Shown here: piece after piece, positions 50,368-60,495 of the stretch | Layout of the letters: each line of letters starts with the position of its first letter | Numbering within the stretch: the stretch's first letter is position 1 | NCBI GenBank assembly: GCA_963708025.1 | Contig: CAVPSB010000025.1 | Location: 418,054-482,053 of the forward strand | Direction of reading: 5' to 3' | Source: an uncultured Candidatus Rokubacteria bacterium | GTDB taxonomy: Bacteria > Methylomirabilota > Methylomirabilia > Rokubacteriales > DASRDR01 | DNA length: 64,000 bases | Made by a program: the position numbers and the translations under genes | The notes under the pieces: model-generated | Database searches by the model: none | What the model was told of the DNA's origin: nothing | What the model saw: only the letters and a program-made list of their open reading frames with translations

Positions 50368-52053
50368 ATGAGAATCCGGCAGCGGCTTCTCCTCGGCTTC
50401 ACCGTGGTCGTCCTCGCGACGGTGGGGCTCGGCGCCTACGCCATCTACGCCATCCGGGCCCAGGGCCAGCACGTCGGCCTGCTCTTCGACAAGGTCCTCA
50501 TGAGCAGCTCCTTCGCCCAGCAAGCGTACACCGAGTTCGTCAAGGTGGACCGCGCCCTGGGCCAGGCGCTGGCGGCGGGGCCGGGCCCGGTGCGGGAAGC
50601 GGCGATGTCGCGCGCCGAGGCCGCCGAGCGCGCCTTCCTCGACGACCTGGAGGTCGTGAGCGGCCGGACACTCACCCCGGGCAGCGTGGCCGTCGTGGAG
50701 GAGATCCGCAAGGGCTACGACGCGTGGAAGGCCGGGCCGATCGCGCGGCTCGCCAGCGCCGGCCAGCCCGGGAGCGCCTCGGCCGGCGAGCAGGACGCGC
50801 AGCACGCCATCGAGGAGAAGCTGACGGCGCTGGCCGACAGTGCCGCCGAGAGCGGATTCGCCTCCCGCCTGGCCGCCAGCGACCTGAGCCGCCTGAGCCT
50901 CTTCGTGGCTGGCGGGGCGATGGGGGTCGCCATCCTGGTCAGCCTCGTGGTGTGCGTCACGCTCTCCCGCGGCATCATCCACCCGATGCGCGGGCTCACC
51001 CGGCAGCTGGAGGAGCTGGCCTCGGGCGAGGGGGACCTCACCGGCCGGATCATCGTGACCGGGCGGGACGAGCTGAGCGAGCTCGCCGAGCGCTTCAACC
51101 TGTTCGTGGGGAAGCTGCACGACCTGGTGGCCCGGGTCAAGGGGAGTGCGCTCCACGTCGCCGCGGCCGCCCGGCAGCTCTCGGCGACGACAGAAGAGCT
51201 GTCGACCGGCTCGCAGGAGCAGGCGTCGAGCCTGGAGGAGACGGCCGCGAGCCTGCACGAGATCACGGCGACCGTGAAGCAGAACGCCGACAATGCCGAG
51301 CAGGCCCGGCAGCTCACCGGCGGCCTGCGCGAGACGGCGCAGGACGGCGGCCGCGTGGTGGATGCGGCGGTGGCCGGGATGCGCGGGCTCTCGGCCGTGT
51401 CGCGCCGCATCTCCGAGATCACCGCGGTGATCGACGGCATCGCGTTCCAGACGAATCTCCTGGCCCTGAATGCGGCGGTGGAGGCCGCGCGAGCCGGTGA
51501 GCACGGACGGGGGTTCGCGGTCGTCGCCGCCGAGGTGCGCAGCCTGGCGCAGCGGAGCGCGGAGGCCGCCCGCGAGGTCAAGGCGCTCATCCAGGAGTCG
51601 GTGGGCAAGGTGGAGGACGGTGCCGCCCTGGTGGACCGGTCCGGGGAGCGGCAGAAGGACATCCTGGCGGCAGTCGGACAGGTGACCGAGATCGTGGGCG
51701 GCATCGCCACGGCGAGCGCCGAGCAGGCGCAGGCGGTCGAGCAGGTGAGCCGGGCGGTGACCCAGATGGACCTCGTGGTGCAGCACGGCGTGGCCCGGGC
51801 GGGGGACATATCGTCCACCGCGCAGGCCCTGGCCCACGAGGCCCAGGGGCTCGAGCGCCTCGTCAGCCGATTCCGGGTCGAGCCGCCGGCTGCCCAGGCG
51901 GCCGGGGTGGTCATCGCGAGTGGCCGGCGAAGCGCGACCGCCTCCGCGCGGGCGCGGGTCAACGGCCGTACCCACCCCTCGACCGAGTCCGACGGCGACC
52001 AAGCGCGCACCCCCGAGCCGATCGTTCCGGCCCTCTCCGGGTTCGGATCCTAG
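50368..52053 (+). CDS. Methyl-accepting chemotaxis protein
   Basis: Two TM helices, HAMP domain, [30 protein letters not shown] hairpin tip. Confidence 0.95.
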   Translation: MRIRQRLLLGFTVVVLATVGLGAYAIYAIRAQGQHVGLLFDKVLMSSSFAQQAYTEFVKVDRALGQALAAGPGPVREAAMSRAEAAERAFLDDLEVVSGRTLTPGSVAVVEEIRKGYDAWKAGPIARLASAGQPGSASAGEQDAQHAIEEKLTALADSAAESGFASRLAASDLSRLSLFVAGGAMGVAILVSLVVCVTLSRGIIHPMRGLTRQLEELASGEGDLTGRIIVTGRDELSELAERFNLFVGKLHDLVARVKGSALHVAAAARQLSATTEELSTGSQEQASSLEETAASLHEITATVKQNADNAEQARQLTGGLRETAQDGGRVVDAAVAGMRGLSAVSRRISEITAVIDGIAFQTNLLALNAAVEAARAGEHGRGFAVVAAEVRSLAQRSAEAAREVKALIQESVGKVEDGAALVDRSGERQKDILAAVGQVTEIVGGIATASAEQAQAVEQVSRAVTQMDLVVQHGVARAGDISSTAQALAHEAQGLERLVSRFRVEPPAAQAAGVVIASGRRSATASARARVNGRTHPSTESDGDQARTPEPIVPALSGFGS

Positions 52054-52308
52054 CAACGTTTCCCGAAAGACCCACCGCTGTCGTGGCGGCGGCGAAGCGC
52101 CCTCGGACGCTCAACCTCGCCTGAACGCGACACACCGGCCTCCGACGGATTGGCGATCAGCCGTTCGCCGCCGGCCCCCGCCGCCTGACTTCGGACCCCC
52201 TGGGAATCGTCCGTGGCGGTCAGAAACTTACCATTCCCACTCGACTCACAGGGCTGATGACTTCTCAGAAAAGTCTTTTGATTAGATATTTACACTACAC
52301 AACCGACA

Positions 52309-52324
52309 TGGCACCGCCTCTGCA
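52309..52324 (+). promoter_or_regulatory. Sigma-54 promoter, paralog 1
   Basis: TGGCACCGCCTCTGCA (GG-N10-GC) after an AT-rich tract. Confidence 0.68.
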
Positions 52325-52372
52325 ATTCCGGGGATCATGAAGTTCAACGTGGTCATCCAGAGGAGGCGGGTC

Positions 52373-53563
52373 ATGGGCAGGGTCGCTCGATCGCTGAGGG
52401 TGATGCTGGGCGCAACGCTCCCGGCCATCGCCATCGTCCTCGCCCTGGGCACCCCGTCGTTTGCCGCCCCGGACAAGGACGTCTGCAGGGCAGTGCCGAC
52501 GGATGCCACGGACGTCCAGTACCTGGCGGACTGGATCGCCGGGCTCCAGTACGACAACCCCGAGCTTTCCAGCTACGGCGCGATCACGATCCACCACACG
52601 CCTGCCTTCATCGATGCGGCCGGCTTCGCGTACTTCGACGTGGTCCCCTACACCGTCAACCTGGCGATCACGGGCCTCCTCGGGACGGACGTGCCCGGGA
52701 AGCTCGCCGTCGCCCAGAACTGGATTCGCTGGTACCTCGGTCATCTCAATCCGGACGGCTCCATCTCCAACTACTGGTACCAGGCCGACGGGTCGGCGGA
52801 GCGGACGTGCCTCTTGCCCGGCAACTATTTCCTGTGCGACTACGCCGATGCCGCCGACACCACCGCCGCCACGTTCCTGGGGATGGTCTGGGCGTACCAC
52901 GAGGCGGGCGGCGACGCCACGTTCCTCAAGGACAACCGGACATCGATCGAGAAGATCGGCGGGCTCGTCCTTTCCCTGCAGCAGAAGGACGGGCTCACCT
53001 GGGCCGCGGACAGCGTTCGCGTGAAGTTTCTCATGAACAACAGCGAGGTCTACTGGGGCCTCCGGGCGATGGCCAGCCTCGAGCACGAGCTCTTCAGCAA
53101 TCAGCAGGCCGGAGTCTACAACGACGCCGCGGAACGGGTGCGGCGTGGGATCGACAAGTCGCTCTACAACCAGCGGGCCCGGCTCTACCGGGTCGCGCAG
53201 TACGAATACGGGGCGACGCTGGAGGCCGATCTCGACCAGTGGTACGAGGGAACGGTGACGCTGGCATGGCCTTCCCTGTTCGGCGTGATCTCCGCGAGCT
53301 CGGACCGGGCCCGGCAGCAGATGGCCGCGCTGAACGGGAGCTGGGACGGCAATCTCAACCCCGACTGGACGGTGGACGTGGCCGACCCGACTGGGTTCCT
53401 CTGGCCGTCCATCGGGCATGCGGCCCTGCTGAGCGGCGACTGCGCCCGCGCCCGGACCCACGCGACGTTCGTCAAGGCCCAGAAGTTCCCGAGCATGGAT
53501 TGGCCCTGGACCGTGGAAGACGCCGGGTGGCTCCTGCAAACGCTGAGCGGCTTCGGGAAATGA
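52373..53563 (+). CDS. Secreted protein of unknown function, possible (alpha/alpha)6 six-hairpin fold, paralog 1
   Basis: GAGGAGG RBS; signal peptide ending SFA-A; rich in W/Y/D; DAADTTAATFL and KFLMNNSEVYWGL motifs; fold is inferred. Confidence 0.8.
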   Translation: MGRVARSLRVMLGATLPAIAIVLALGTPSFAAPDKDVCRAVPTDATDVQYLADWIAGLQYDNPELSSYGAITIHHTPAFIDAAGFAYFDVVPYTVNLAITGLLGTDVPGKLAVAQNWIRWYLGHLNPDGSISNYWYQADGSAERTCLLPGNYFLCDYADAADTTAATFLGMVWAYHEAGGDATFLKDNRTSIEKIGGLVLSLQQKDGLTWAADSVRVKFLMNNSEVYWGLRAMASLEHELFSNQQAGVYNDAAERVRRGIDKSLYNQRARLYRVAQYEYGATLEADLDQWYEGTVTLAWPSLFGVISASSDRARQQMAALNGSWDGNLNPDWTVDVADPTGFLWPSIGHAALLSGDCARARTHATFVKAQKFPSMDWPWTVEDAGWLLQTLSGFGK

Positions 53564-53981
53564 TCCTCGCACCGGGTGCCGGCGAGGCCATTCTGACCGG
53601 CTGAGCCGGAAGGTGGTGGGCCGCCGGGCCGCTCCCGGTGCTCGCATCTGCGGCCCTACCCCCCGCACGCCGGGTTGGGCGCCCGGCGCGAAACCAACCC
53701 GTGAGCCCCTGGACACGGGATGCTCCGCGCCGAGCGGGCCCCGGGGTCACCCGCGCCTCGCGCGTCGTCACGCCTTTCACGCATGATCCAGCTGACGCCA
53801 GGTCGCCGTTTCACCCCTGCCCGGCGTTCGCACGCGGCGGGCACCTCTCGGCCGAGCCCGGACCCAGCCCGGCCCCGCCGCGCCCAGAGCGGTCAGAAGA
53901 TTACCACTCTCGACTGGCTCCGAATCTCAGGCAGAGTCATAAAGTACTGTGTAAACATCTAGTTGAGAGATGCATTTGATG

Positions 53982-53997
53982 TGGCATCAACTCTGCA
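53982..53997 (+). promoter_or_regulatory. Sigma-54 promoter, paralog 2
   Basis: TGGCATCAACTCTGCA (GG-N10-GC), same position relative to ATG as in paralog 1. Confidence 0.68.
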
Positions 53998-54046
53998 TAA
54001 GCACCGGCTAGAAATCTCAAGCTCAGTCATCCAGAGGAGGCAGGTC

Positions 54047-55231
54047 ATGGGCAGGTTCGCTCGATCGCTGAGGCGGATGGTGGGCGCGACGCTCCCGGCC
54101 ATCGCCATCGTCCTCGCCCTGGGCACCCCGTCGTTCGCTGCCCCGAAGGACGTGTGCAAGGCAGAGCCGACGGACGCCAAGGACATCCAGTACCTGGCTG
54201 ACTGGATCGGCGGGCTCCAGTACGACAACCCCAAGCTTCCCAGCTACGGCGCGATCACGATCCACCACACGCCTGGCTTCGTCAACGCGGCCGGCTACGC
54301 GTATGACGTGGTGCCCTACAGCGCCAACCTGGCGATCGCCGGGCTCCTGCAGACGGACGTGCCCGGGAAGCTCGCCATTGCCCAGAACTGGATCCGCTGG
54401 TACCTGAGTCATCTCAATCCGGACGGGTCCGTCTACAACACCTGGTACAGTGCCGACGGGTCGGGGGAGCGGACGTGCCTCGTGAAGGGCGACCAGTTCC
54501 TGTGCGACTACGCCGACGCCGCCGACACCACCGCCGCCACGTTCCTCGGAATGCTCTGGGCGTACCACCAGGAGGGCGGCGACGCCAAGTTCCTCCGGGA
54601 GTACCAGAAGTCGATCGAGAAGGTCGCCGGTCTCGTCCTCTCCCTGCAGCAGAAGGACGGGCTGACCTGGGCCTCGGAGAGCGTTCGCCTGAAGCTCCTG
54701 ATGAACAACAGCGAGGTCTACTGGGGCCTCCGGGCGATGGCCGACCTCGAGCGCGCGCTCTTCGACAAGAAGCAGGCCCGGCGGTACGACGCCGCCGCCT
54801 CCAAGGTCCGGCACGGGGTCAACGAGTCGCTGTACAACCGCCGCGCCCGGCTGTACCGGGTGGCGGAGTACGAGAACGGGACGATGCTGGAGGCCGATCT
54901 CGACCAGTGGTACGAGGGGACGGTGACGCTGGCGTGGCCTCACCTGTTCGGCGTGATCGACGAGCACTCGCGCCGGGCCAAGCAGCAGATGGACGCGATC
55001 AACGGGAGCTGGGACGGCAAGCCGAACCCCGACTGGACGGTGGCCGTTGCCGACCCGGACGGGTTCCTCTGGCCCTCCATCGGGCACGCCGCCCTGCTGA
55101 CGGGTGACTGCGCGCGAGCCCGGACCCACGCGAACTTCGTCAAGGCCAAGAAGTTCCCGAACATGGACTGGCCCTGGACCGTGGAAGACGCCGGGTGGCT
55201 CCTGCAGACCCTGAGCGGCTTCAAGAAGTAA
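54047..55231 (+). CDS. Secreted protein of unknown function, paralog 2
   Basis: Collinear with 52373-53563 with long identical stretches; same RBS context. Confidence 0.8.
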   Translation: MGRFARSLRRMVGATLPAIAIVLALGTPSFAAPKDVCKAEPTDAKDIQYLADWIGGLQYDNPKLPSYGAITIHHTPGFVNAAGYAYDVVPYSANLAIAGLLQTDVPGKLAIAQNWIRWYLSHLNPDGSVYNTWYSADGSGERTCLVKGDQFLCDYADAADTTAATFLGMLWAYHQEGGDAKFLREYQKSIEKVAGLVLSLQQKDGLTWASESVRLKLLMNNSEVYWGLRAMADLERALFDKKQARRYDAAASKVRHGVNESLYNRRARLYRVAEYENGTMLEADLDQWYEGTVTLAWPHLFGVIDEHSRRAKQQMDAINGSWDGKPNPDWTVAVADPDGFLWPSIGHAALLTGDCARARTHANFVKAKKFPNMDWPWTVEDAGWLLQTLSGFKK

Positions 55232-55283
55232 CCTCAGCACGCGATACTCGCCAGCCCGTTCTGGCTGGCTGGAGGGTGGTGAC

Positions 55284-55316
55284 ACCGGGGGGATCCGATC
55301 CCCCCGGTTGCTTTTT
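55284..55316 (+). terminator. Intrinsic terminator
   Basis: ACCGGGGGGAT-loop-ATCCCCCCGGT followed by TGCTTTTT. Confidence 0.65.
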
Positions 55317-56595
55317 CACGCCAGCAGCAGGTGCAGCGCGTAGATCGCGCCGCCGGCCAGCCCGCCGACGACGGTGCCATTGACGCGGATGTACTGGAGG
55401 TCGTCGCCGGCATGCTCCTCGATGAGTCGCACGGCGCCGGCGGGGCCGAGCGCGTGGATGCCGCGCTCGATGAACGTGGCCAGCTGGCCGTGGTGCCGCT
55501 CGACCAGCCTGACCGCGTGTCGCTTGATCCAGCCCTCCAGATCCTGGCGGAGTCCCTCATCGGTGACCAGGGCCACCCGGGCGGCATCGAGCCGGTCCAC
55601 CAGCCAGCCGGCGACCGCCGAGTCGGCGGCGGCGAGGTCGCGGCCGAGCGCCCGGTGGAGGGCGGCCGCCAGGTCCCGTAACAGGTCGGCAACCCCGGCG
55701 CTCGCGAGCAGCTCGTCCTTGGCGGCCTCGATCCGGGCGGCCAGCGCGGGATCCCCGCGGAGCCGGCCCGGCAGCTCGCCGAGGGCGTCGAGGAGCTGGC
55801 GGCGCAGCGGGTGGTCGGGATCCTCCGCCACCTCCTGCAGGCCGGCGCGCAGGGTGGCCACGATCCGGTCCCGATCGATCACCCCCAGGATGTCGGCGAG
55901 GCCCATCCAGAGACGCGGGTAGAACCCGGAGCGCGCCCGGTAACCAGCCAGCAGGTCCGCGACGAGGTCGCCGACCGCCTGGCGGAATCGCGGGCGGTCC
56001 AGCGCGTCCCCCAGCGCCCGGGCGAGGGCGGCCACCACGCGGCGGTCCCACCCGTCGCGCCGGGCGGCCTCGATGGTCCACACGAGGACGGGCGTCACCG
56101 GTCGGGCCCCGACGAGTGCCCGGAGCTGCTGCAAGACCTCCTCGATGACCGGCGCGGTCACCTCCGCGCCCGCCCACCCCGCGACGCGGCGGGTGGCGGC
56201 TTCCAGCTCCGCCCGGCCCACCCGCGCCGTGCCTTCCCGGATCAGACCGGCGAGATCGAGCCGTCCGATCTCCTCCGTCACGTAGTCCTGGGTGAGCACC
56301 TGGCCGCCCACCATCGTGCCGACCCGCGCCGCCATCAGCTCCCAGTTGGCCGGGATCAGCGCGGTGTGCGGGATGGGGAGCCCGAGCGGCCGCCGGAAGA
56401 GCGCCGTGACCGCGAACCAGTCGGCGAGCCCCCCGACGATCCCCGCCTCGGCGATCGCCAGGATCCACCCGCCCCACCAGGTCCGGCGCAGCGGGAAGGC
56501 GGCCAGCGCCAAGGCGACGGCCGCGAGCAGGGCCAGGAGGGCAAGCCGCCGCTGGCGGCGGACCGGTGGGGCGGTGGGAGGTGCGGTCGGCCAGC
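55316..56595 (-). CDS. DUF445-family membrane protein (start unresolved)
   Basis: EAGIVGGLADWFAVTALFRRPLGLPIPHTALIP and DLQYIRVNGTVVGG motifs. Confidence 0.85.
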
Positions 56596-57141
56596 TCAGG
56601 CGCGGGCGCTCCTGTCCCCCCACCGCCGGGCGTAGAGGTCGATGGCCCGCTCGATCACGCGGCAGGCCTCGCCGCGGTCCAGGAAGCGGTCGACCTTGAC
56701 CTGCTTCGACTCCAGGGCCTTGTAGTCCTCGAAGAAGCGCCGGACCAGCTTGAGCCGGTGCTCCGGCAGCTCCGTCAGCTCCCGGTAGTCGCGGTATTCG
56801 GGGTCGTCCGCGTGCACCGCGATGATCTTGTCGTCCTCCTGGCCCTGGTCGATCATCTGCATCGCGCCGATCGGCCGGACCTGCATGATGCAGAGCGGCA
56901 CCACCACCGCCTGGCCGAGCACCAGCACGTCGAGCGGATCGTCGTCGCCGCAGAAGGTCCGGGGCAGGAAGCCGTAGTTGGCCGGATAGTGCACCGCGCT
57001 GTAGAGCACGCGGTCCACCCGGAGGAGACCGGTCGCCTTGTCCAGCTCGTACTTGACGGTGGAGCCGGCCGGGATCTCGATGACGCAGCGGCACAGCTCG
57101 GGCGCGCCCGGACCGAGATCGACGTCGTGCCAGGGGTGCAT
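56596..57141 (-). CDS. ppa: Inorganic pyrophosphatase
   Basis: KYELDK, YPANYG and DDDPLD motifs. Confidence 0.95.
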   Translation of the reverse strand: MHPWHDVDLGPGAPELCRCVIEIPAGSTVKYELDKATGLLRVDRVLYSAVHYPANYGFLPRTFCGDDDPLDVLVLGQAVVVPLCIMQVRPIGAMQMIDQGQEDDKIIAVHADDPEYRDYRELTELPEHRLKLVRRFFEDYKALESKQVKVDRFLDRGEACRVIERAIDLYARRWGDRSARA

Positions 57142-57177
57142 CCCGGCGGTCTCGTCAAGGTTCTTGAAGCGTCAACG

Positions 57178-59358
57178 TCATGGCAGATGAGTCGAGTTCT
57201 CGGGGCGAGCCCGGATTTCCCTCACCTCCGCCTCCGACCGCCAGACCTGGTCGCCCGGGACGTAGCTGGCGTCCTTCCAGAGGGCGAAGTCGGGGAACGC
57301 CTCGTCCCAGGCCACCACGCCGATGTAGGAGCCGACGTTGGCCTGGTGGTCGACCGCGCGGATGAAGCGCCCGGGCCCCCGGAGGGAATCCAGGTCGAGA
57401 CCCTCCAGTGCGTCCACGACGGCCTCGGTGTCGAAGGTGCCCGCCTTGCCCACCGCCTTGGCCCAGACCATCACGGCGTCGTAGGCGCTGATCGCCCAGG
57501 CCGAGGGGTACTTGTTGGTGGCGGCGCCGTAGGCCTGGACAAAGGCCTCGAAGCGCGGGCTCGGCGCCAGGCGGCGGATGACGTGGAAGAACCCCCGGTC
57601 GTAACCGATGACCCCCTCCACCGCCTCCTGGCCAAGCCGCTGGAGCACCTCGACGTCGTAGATCGCCGCGAAGGCCATCCGCTGGAAGAGACCGTGCGCC
57701 CGCGCCTGGCGGGTGAATGCCACCAGGTCCTCGCCGTAGAGGTTCGAGAAGACGGCGTCGGGTCGGGCCGCCAGGATGGCCGTGATCTGGGAGCTGAAGT
57801 CGGTCTCGCCCAGCTTGGGCCACAGCCGCCCGACGACCTCCACCTCGGGCGTCTCGACCCGGAGCCGCCGCTCGAACGCTTCCGCCTGGACGTGCCCCAG
57901 CTCGTAGTCGGGGCCCAGGATCATGTACCGCCGGTACGGCCGGGTCGCCAGGTACCGCGCCACGGCGCCCCCCTCGATGAAGGTGTTCGGCACCACCGAG
58001 AAGAGGTAGCGGTGGCCCCGCTCCACGAAGGCCCGCTCGGTGTTCGCGGTGTGCGAGATCAGGATCGTCTTGTGGTCCCTCGCCACGTCCGACATCGCCA
58101 GCAGCACGGCGCTGGAGACCGGGCCCAGGACCATCGCCACCTCGTCACCCTGGATCGTGTCCCGAACCTCTTGAGCCCCGACGTCCGGCTGGCCTTCGTC
58201 GTCCCGGACGACCAGCTCGACCCGACGGCCGAGGACGCCGCCGGCCGCGTTCACGTCGGCGACCGCCAGCCGGGCCCCTTCGATCCCCGCGTGACCGAGG
58301 AGCGCCAGGGGCCCGGTGGCGCTCGTCACCGCGGCCAGCTTCACGACTTTCCGGGGGGCCGGGGGCTCGACGACTACCGACAGGTTGAGCCGGAGCGGGC
58401 GCGTGAACAGGCGGCTCACCTCGCCCACGATGCCCCGCCGGAAGGTGAGGACGCAGAGGACGAAGATCGCCCCCTGGACCACCGTCACCCACGCCCCGAG
58501 CTGGGCCAGGTAGTTCTCCAGCGCCACCACGAAGAGGGCGCCGACGACCGGCCCGAACACGGTGCCGAGTCCCCCCAGCAGCGTCATCAGCACGACCTCG
58601 CCCGACATGGTCCAGTGGACGTCGGTGAGCGAGGCGAGCTGGAAGACGAGCGCCTTGGTGGCGCCGGCCAGCCCGGACAGGGTCGCCGACAGCACGAAGG
58701 CGATCAACTTGTACTGGTCGGTCCGGTAGCCGAGCGAGATCGCGCGCGGCTCGTTCTCCCGGATCGCCTTCAGGACCTGGCCCATCGGCGAATGGATGGC
58801 GCGGTAGATCAGCAGGAACCCGGCCAGGAAGATCGCCAGGACCACGAAGTACAGCGTCAGGGTGTCGCCGAGGTCGAGGAGCCCGAACAGTCGGCCGCGC
58901 GGGACCGACTGGATGCCATCCTCGCCGCCGGTGAGCGGGGCCTGGAGGCAGAAGAAGTAGAGCATCTGCGCGAGGGCCAGGGTGACCATCGCGAAGTAGA
59001 TCCCCTGGCGGCGGATGGCCAGGGCGCCGATGACCACGCCGAGGGCGCCGGCCACCGCGGTGCCGAAGAGGATGGCCAGCTCCGGGGTCAGCCCCCAGAC
59101 CTTGGCCGCGTACGCGGAGCCGTAGCCCGCGGAGCCGAGGAACGCCGCATGGCCGAATGAGAGGAGGCCGACGTAGCCGATCAGCAGGTTGAAGGCGCAA
59201 GCGAAGAGGGCGAAGCAGAGAGCCTTCATCAGGAAGACCGGATAGACGACGAAGGGAGCGAGGACGAAGAAGACGACCATCGCCCCGAAGGCGACCCACT
59301 GGGAGCTCAGGGTCGCCGGCCGGACGACGGCATCGAGCCGCTCCCGGGCGCTTGCCAT
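57178..59358 (-). CDS. LivM-type permease fused to a C-terminal LivJ/AmiC-like binding domain
   Basis: GLLSFGHA, TGGEDG, AIRENE, FRRGIVG, followed in frame by NAAGGVLGR.VE...RDD, GPVSS and DYELG motifs. Confidence 0.85.
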   Translation of the reverse strand: MASARERLDAVVRPATLSSQWVAFGAMVVFFVLAPFVVYPVFLMKALCFALFACAFNLLIGYVGLLSFGHAAFLGSAGYGSAYAAKVWGLTPELAILFGTAVAGALGVVIGALAIRRQGIYFAMVTLALAQMLYFFCLQAPLTGGEDGIQSVPRGRLFGLLDLGDTLTLYFVVLAIFLAGFLLIYRAIHSPMGQVLKAIRENEPRAISLGYRTDQYKLIAFVLSATLSGLAGATKALVFQLASLTDVHWTMSGEVVLMTLLGGLGTVFGPVVGALFVVALENYLAQLGAWVTVVQGAIFVLCVLTFRRGIVGEVSRLFTRPLRLNLSVVVEPPAPRKVVKLAAVTSATGPLALLGHAGIEGARLAVADVNAAGGVLGRRVELVVRDDEGQPDVGAQEVRDTIQGDEVAMVLGPVSSAVLLAMSDVARDHKTILISHTANTERAFVERGHRYLFSVVPNTFIEGGAVARYLATRPYRRYMILGPDYELGHVQAEAFERRLRVETPEVEVVGRLWPKLGETDFSSQITAILAARPDAVFSNLYGEDLVAFTRQARAHGLFQRMAFAAIYDVEVLQRLGQEAVEGVIGYDRGFFHVIRRLAPSPRFEAFVQAYGAATNKYPSAWAISAYDAVMVWAKAVGKAGTFDTEAVVDALEGLDLDSLRGPGRFIRAVDHQANVGSYIGVVAWDEAFPDFALWKDASYVPGDQVWRSEAEVREIRARPENSTHLP

Positions 59359-59363
59359 GTCAG

Positions 59364-59490
59364 TTCGGGACCTCCCGCCCACCCCCCCAACCCCCCTCCC
59401 GTTTGACGGGATCGCCGGGACGGCTCGGGCCTACGGCCCTCGCGACGTCCCGTCCCTCCGGTGGCCACCGGGGGGAGGGGGGTGCCGGAG
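59364..59490. repeat. Composite repeat: family B arms enclosing a family D module
   Basis: Arms match 34643-34716; core matches 44256-44308. Confidence 0.8.
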
Positions 59491-59512
59491 CAACTGATTC
59501 CTTCACGGGCTC

Positions 59513-60400
59513 TCAGGGCGCCCGGCCAAAGAGCCCGGCCGGCTTGACGAGGAGCACGAGGGCCATGATCACGAAAATCACCGTGTTGGAGGCTTCCGGG
59601 TAGAAGACCTTGGTCAGCCCCTCCACCAGCCCGAGCGCGAAGCCGGTCACGATCGAGCCCATGATCGACCCCATGCCGCCGATCACGACCACCGCGAAGA
59701 CGACGATGATGAGGTCGGCGCCCATCAGCGGATTGACCTGGTAGATCGGTGCCGCCATCACCCCGGCCAGGGCGGCCAGGCCGACCCCGAAGCCGTAGGT
59801 CAGCGTGATCATCCGGGGGACGTTGATGCCGAAGGCCTGGACCAGCGTCGGGTTCTCGGTGGCGGCCCGCAGGTAGGAGCCCAGCTTGGTCCGCTCGATG
59901 ACGTACCAGGTGCCGAGGCACACCGCCAGCGAGAAGACGACGACCCACGCCCGGTAGTTGGGCAGGACCATGAAGCCCAGGTTCCGGCCGCCGGTGAGCG
60001 CCGGCGGAATCGTGTACGGGAGCCCGGAGGAGCCGTACTCGTGGCGGAAGAGGCCCTGGATGACCAGGGCCAGCCCGAAGGTGAGCAGGAGCCCGTACAG
60101 GTGGTCGAGGCGATAGAGCCGCTTGAGCATGGTGCGCTCGAGGCCGATACCGAACAGGCCGATGACCAGGGGCACGATGACCAGGGCCCACCAGTAGCCC
60201 AGCCCGGCGTACTGGAGGAGGAAATACGCGGCGAAGGCGCCCATCATGTACTGGGCGCCGTGGGCGAAGTTGATGATGTTGAGCAGGCCGAAGATGACGG
60301 CCAGCCCCAGGCTGAGCATGGCGTAGAACGAGCCGTTGATCAGCCCGAGCAGGAGCTGGCCGAACAGGGCCTGCGTGGGGACCCCGAAGACCGTCGTCAT
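59513..60400 (-). CDS. Branched-chain amino-acid ABC permease (LivH-like)
   Basis: GLAVIFGLLNIINFAHG and VVVIGGMGS motifs. Confidence 0.93.
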   Translation of the reverse strand: MTTVFGVPTQALFGQLLLGLINGSFYAMLSLGLAVIFGLLNIINFAHGAQYMMGAFAAYFLLQYAGLGYWWALVIVPLVIGLFGIGLERTMLKRLYRLDHLYGLLLTFGLALVIQGLFRHEYGSSGLPYTIPPALTGGRNLGFMVLPNYRAWVVVFSLAVCLGTWYVIERTKLGSYLRAATENPTLVQAFGINVPRMITLTYGFGVGLAALAGVMAAPIYQVNPLMGADLIIVVFAVVVIGGMGSIMGSIVTGFALGLVEGLTKVFYPEASNTVIFVIMALVLLVKPAGLFGRAP

Positions 60401-60406
60401 CTGTCA

Positions 60407-60493
60407 GGTTGAGCCCGTGGCCGAGAACCGAGCAGCCCTAGGACGTAGGCGCGCGCCGAGGACGACGGGCTGCGACGGTTCTCGGCCACGGGA
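60407..60493. repeat. Intergenic long-hairpin repeat, family C
   Basis: Perfect 17-bp inverted repeat CCCGTGGCCGAGAACCG (60414-60430 / 60476-60492) enclosing the family C core. Confidence 0.82.
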
Positions 60494-60495
60494 CA

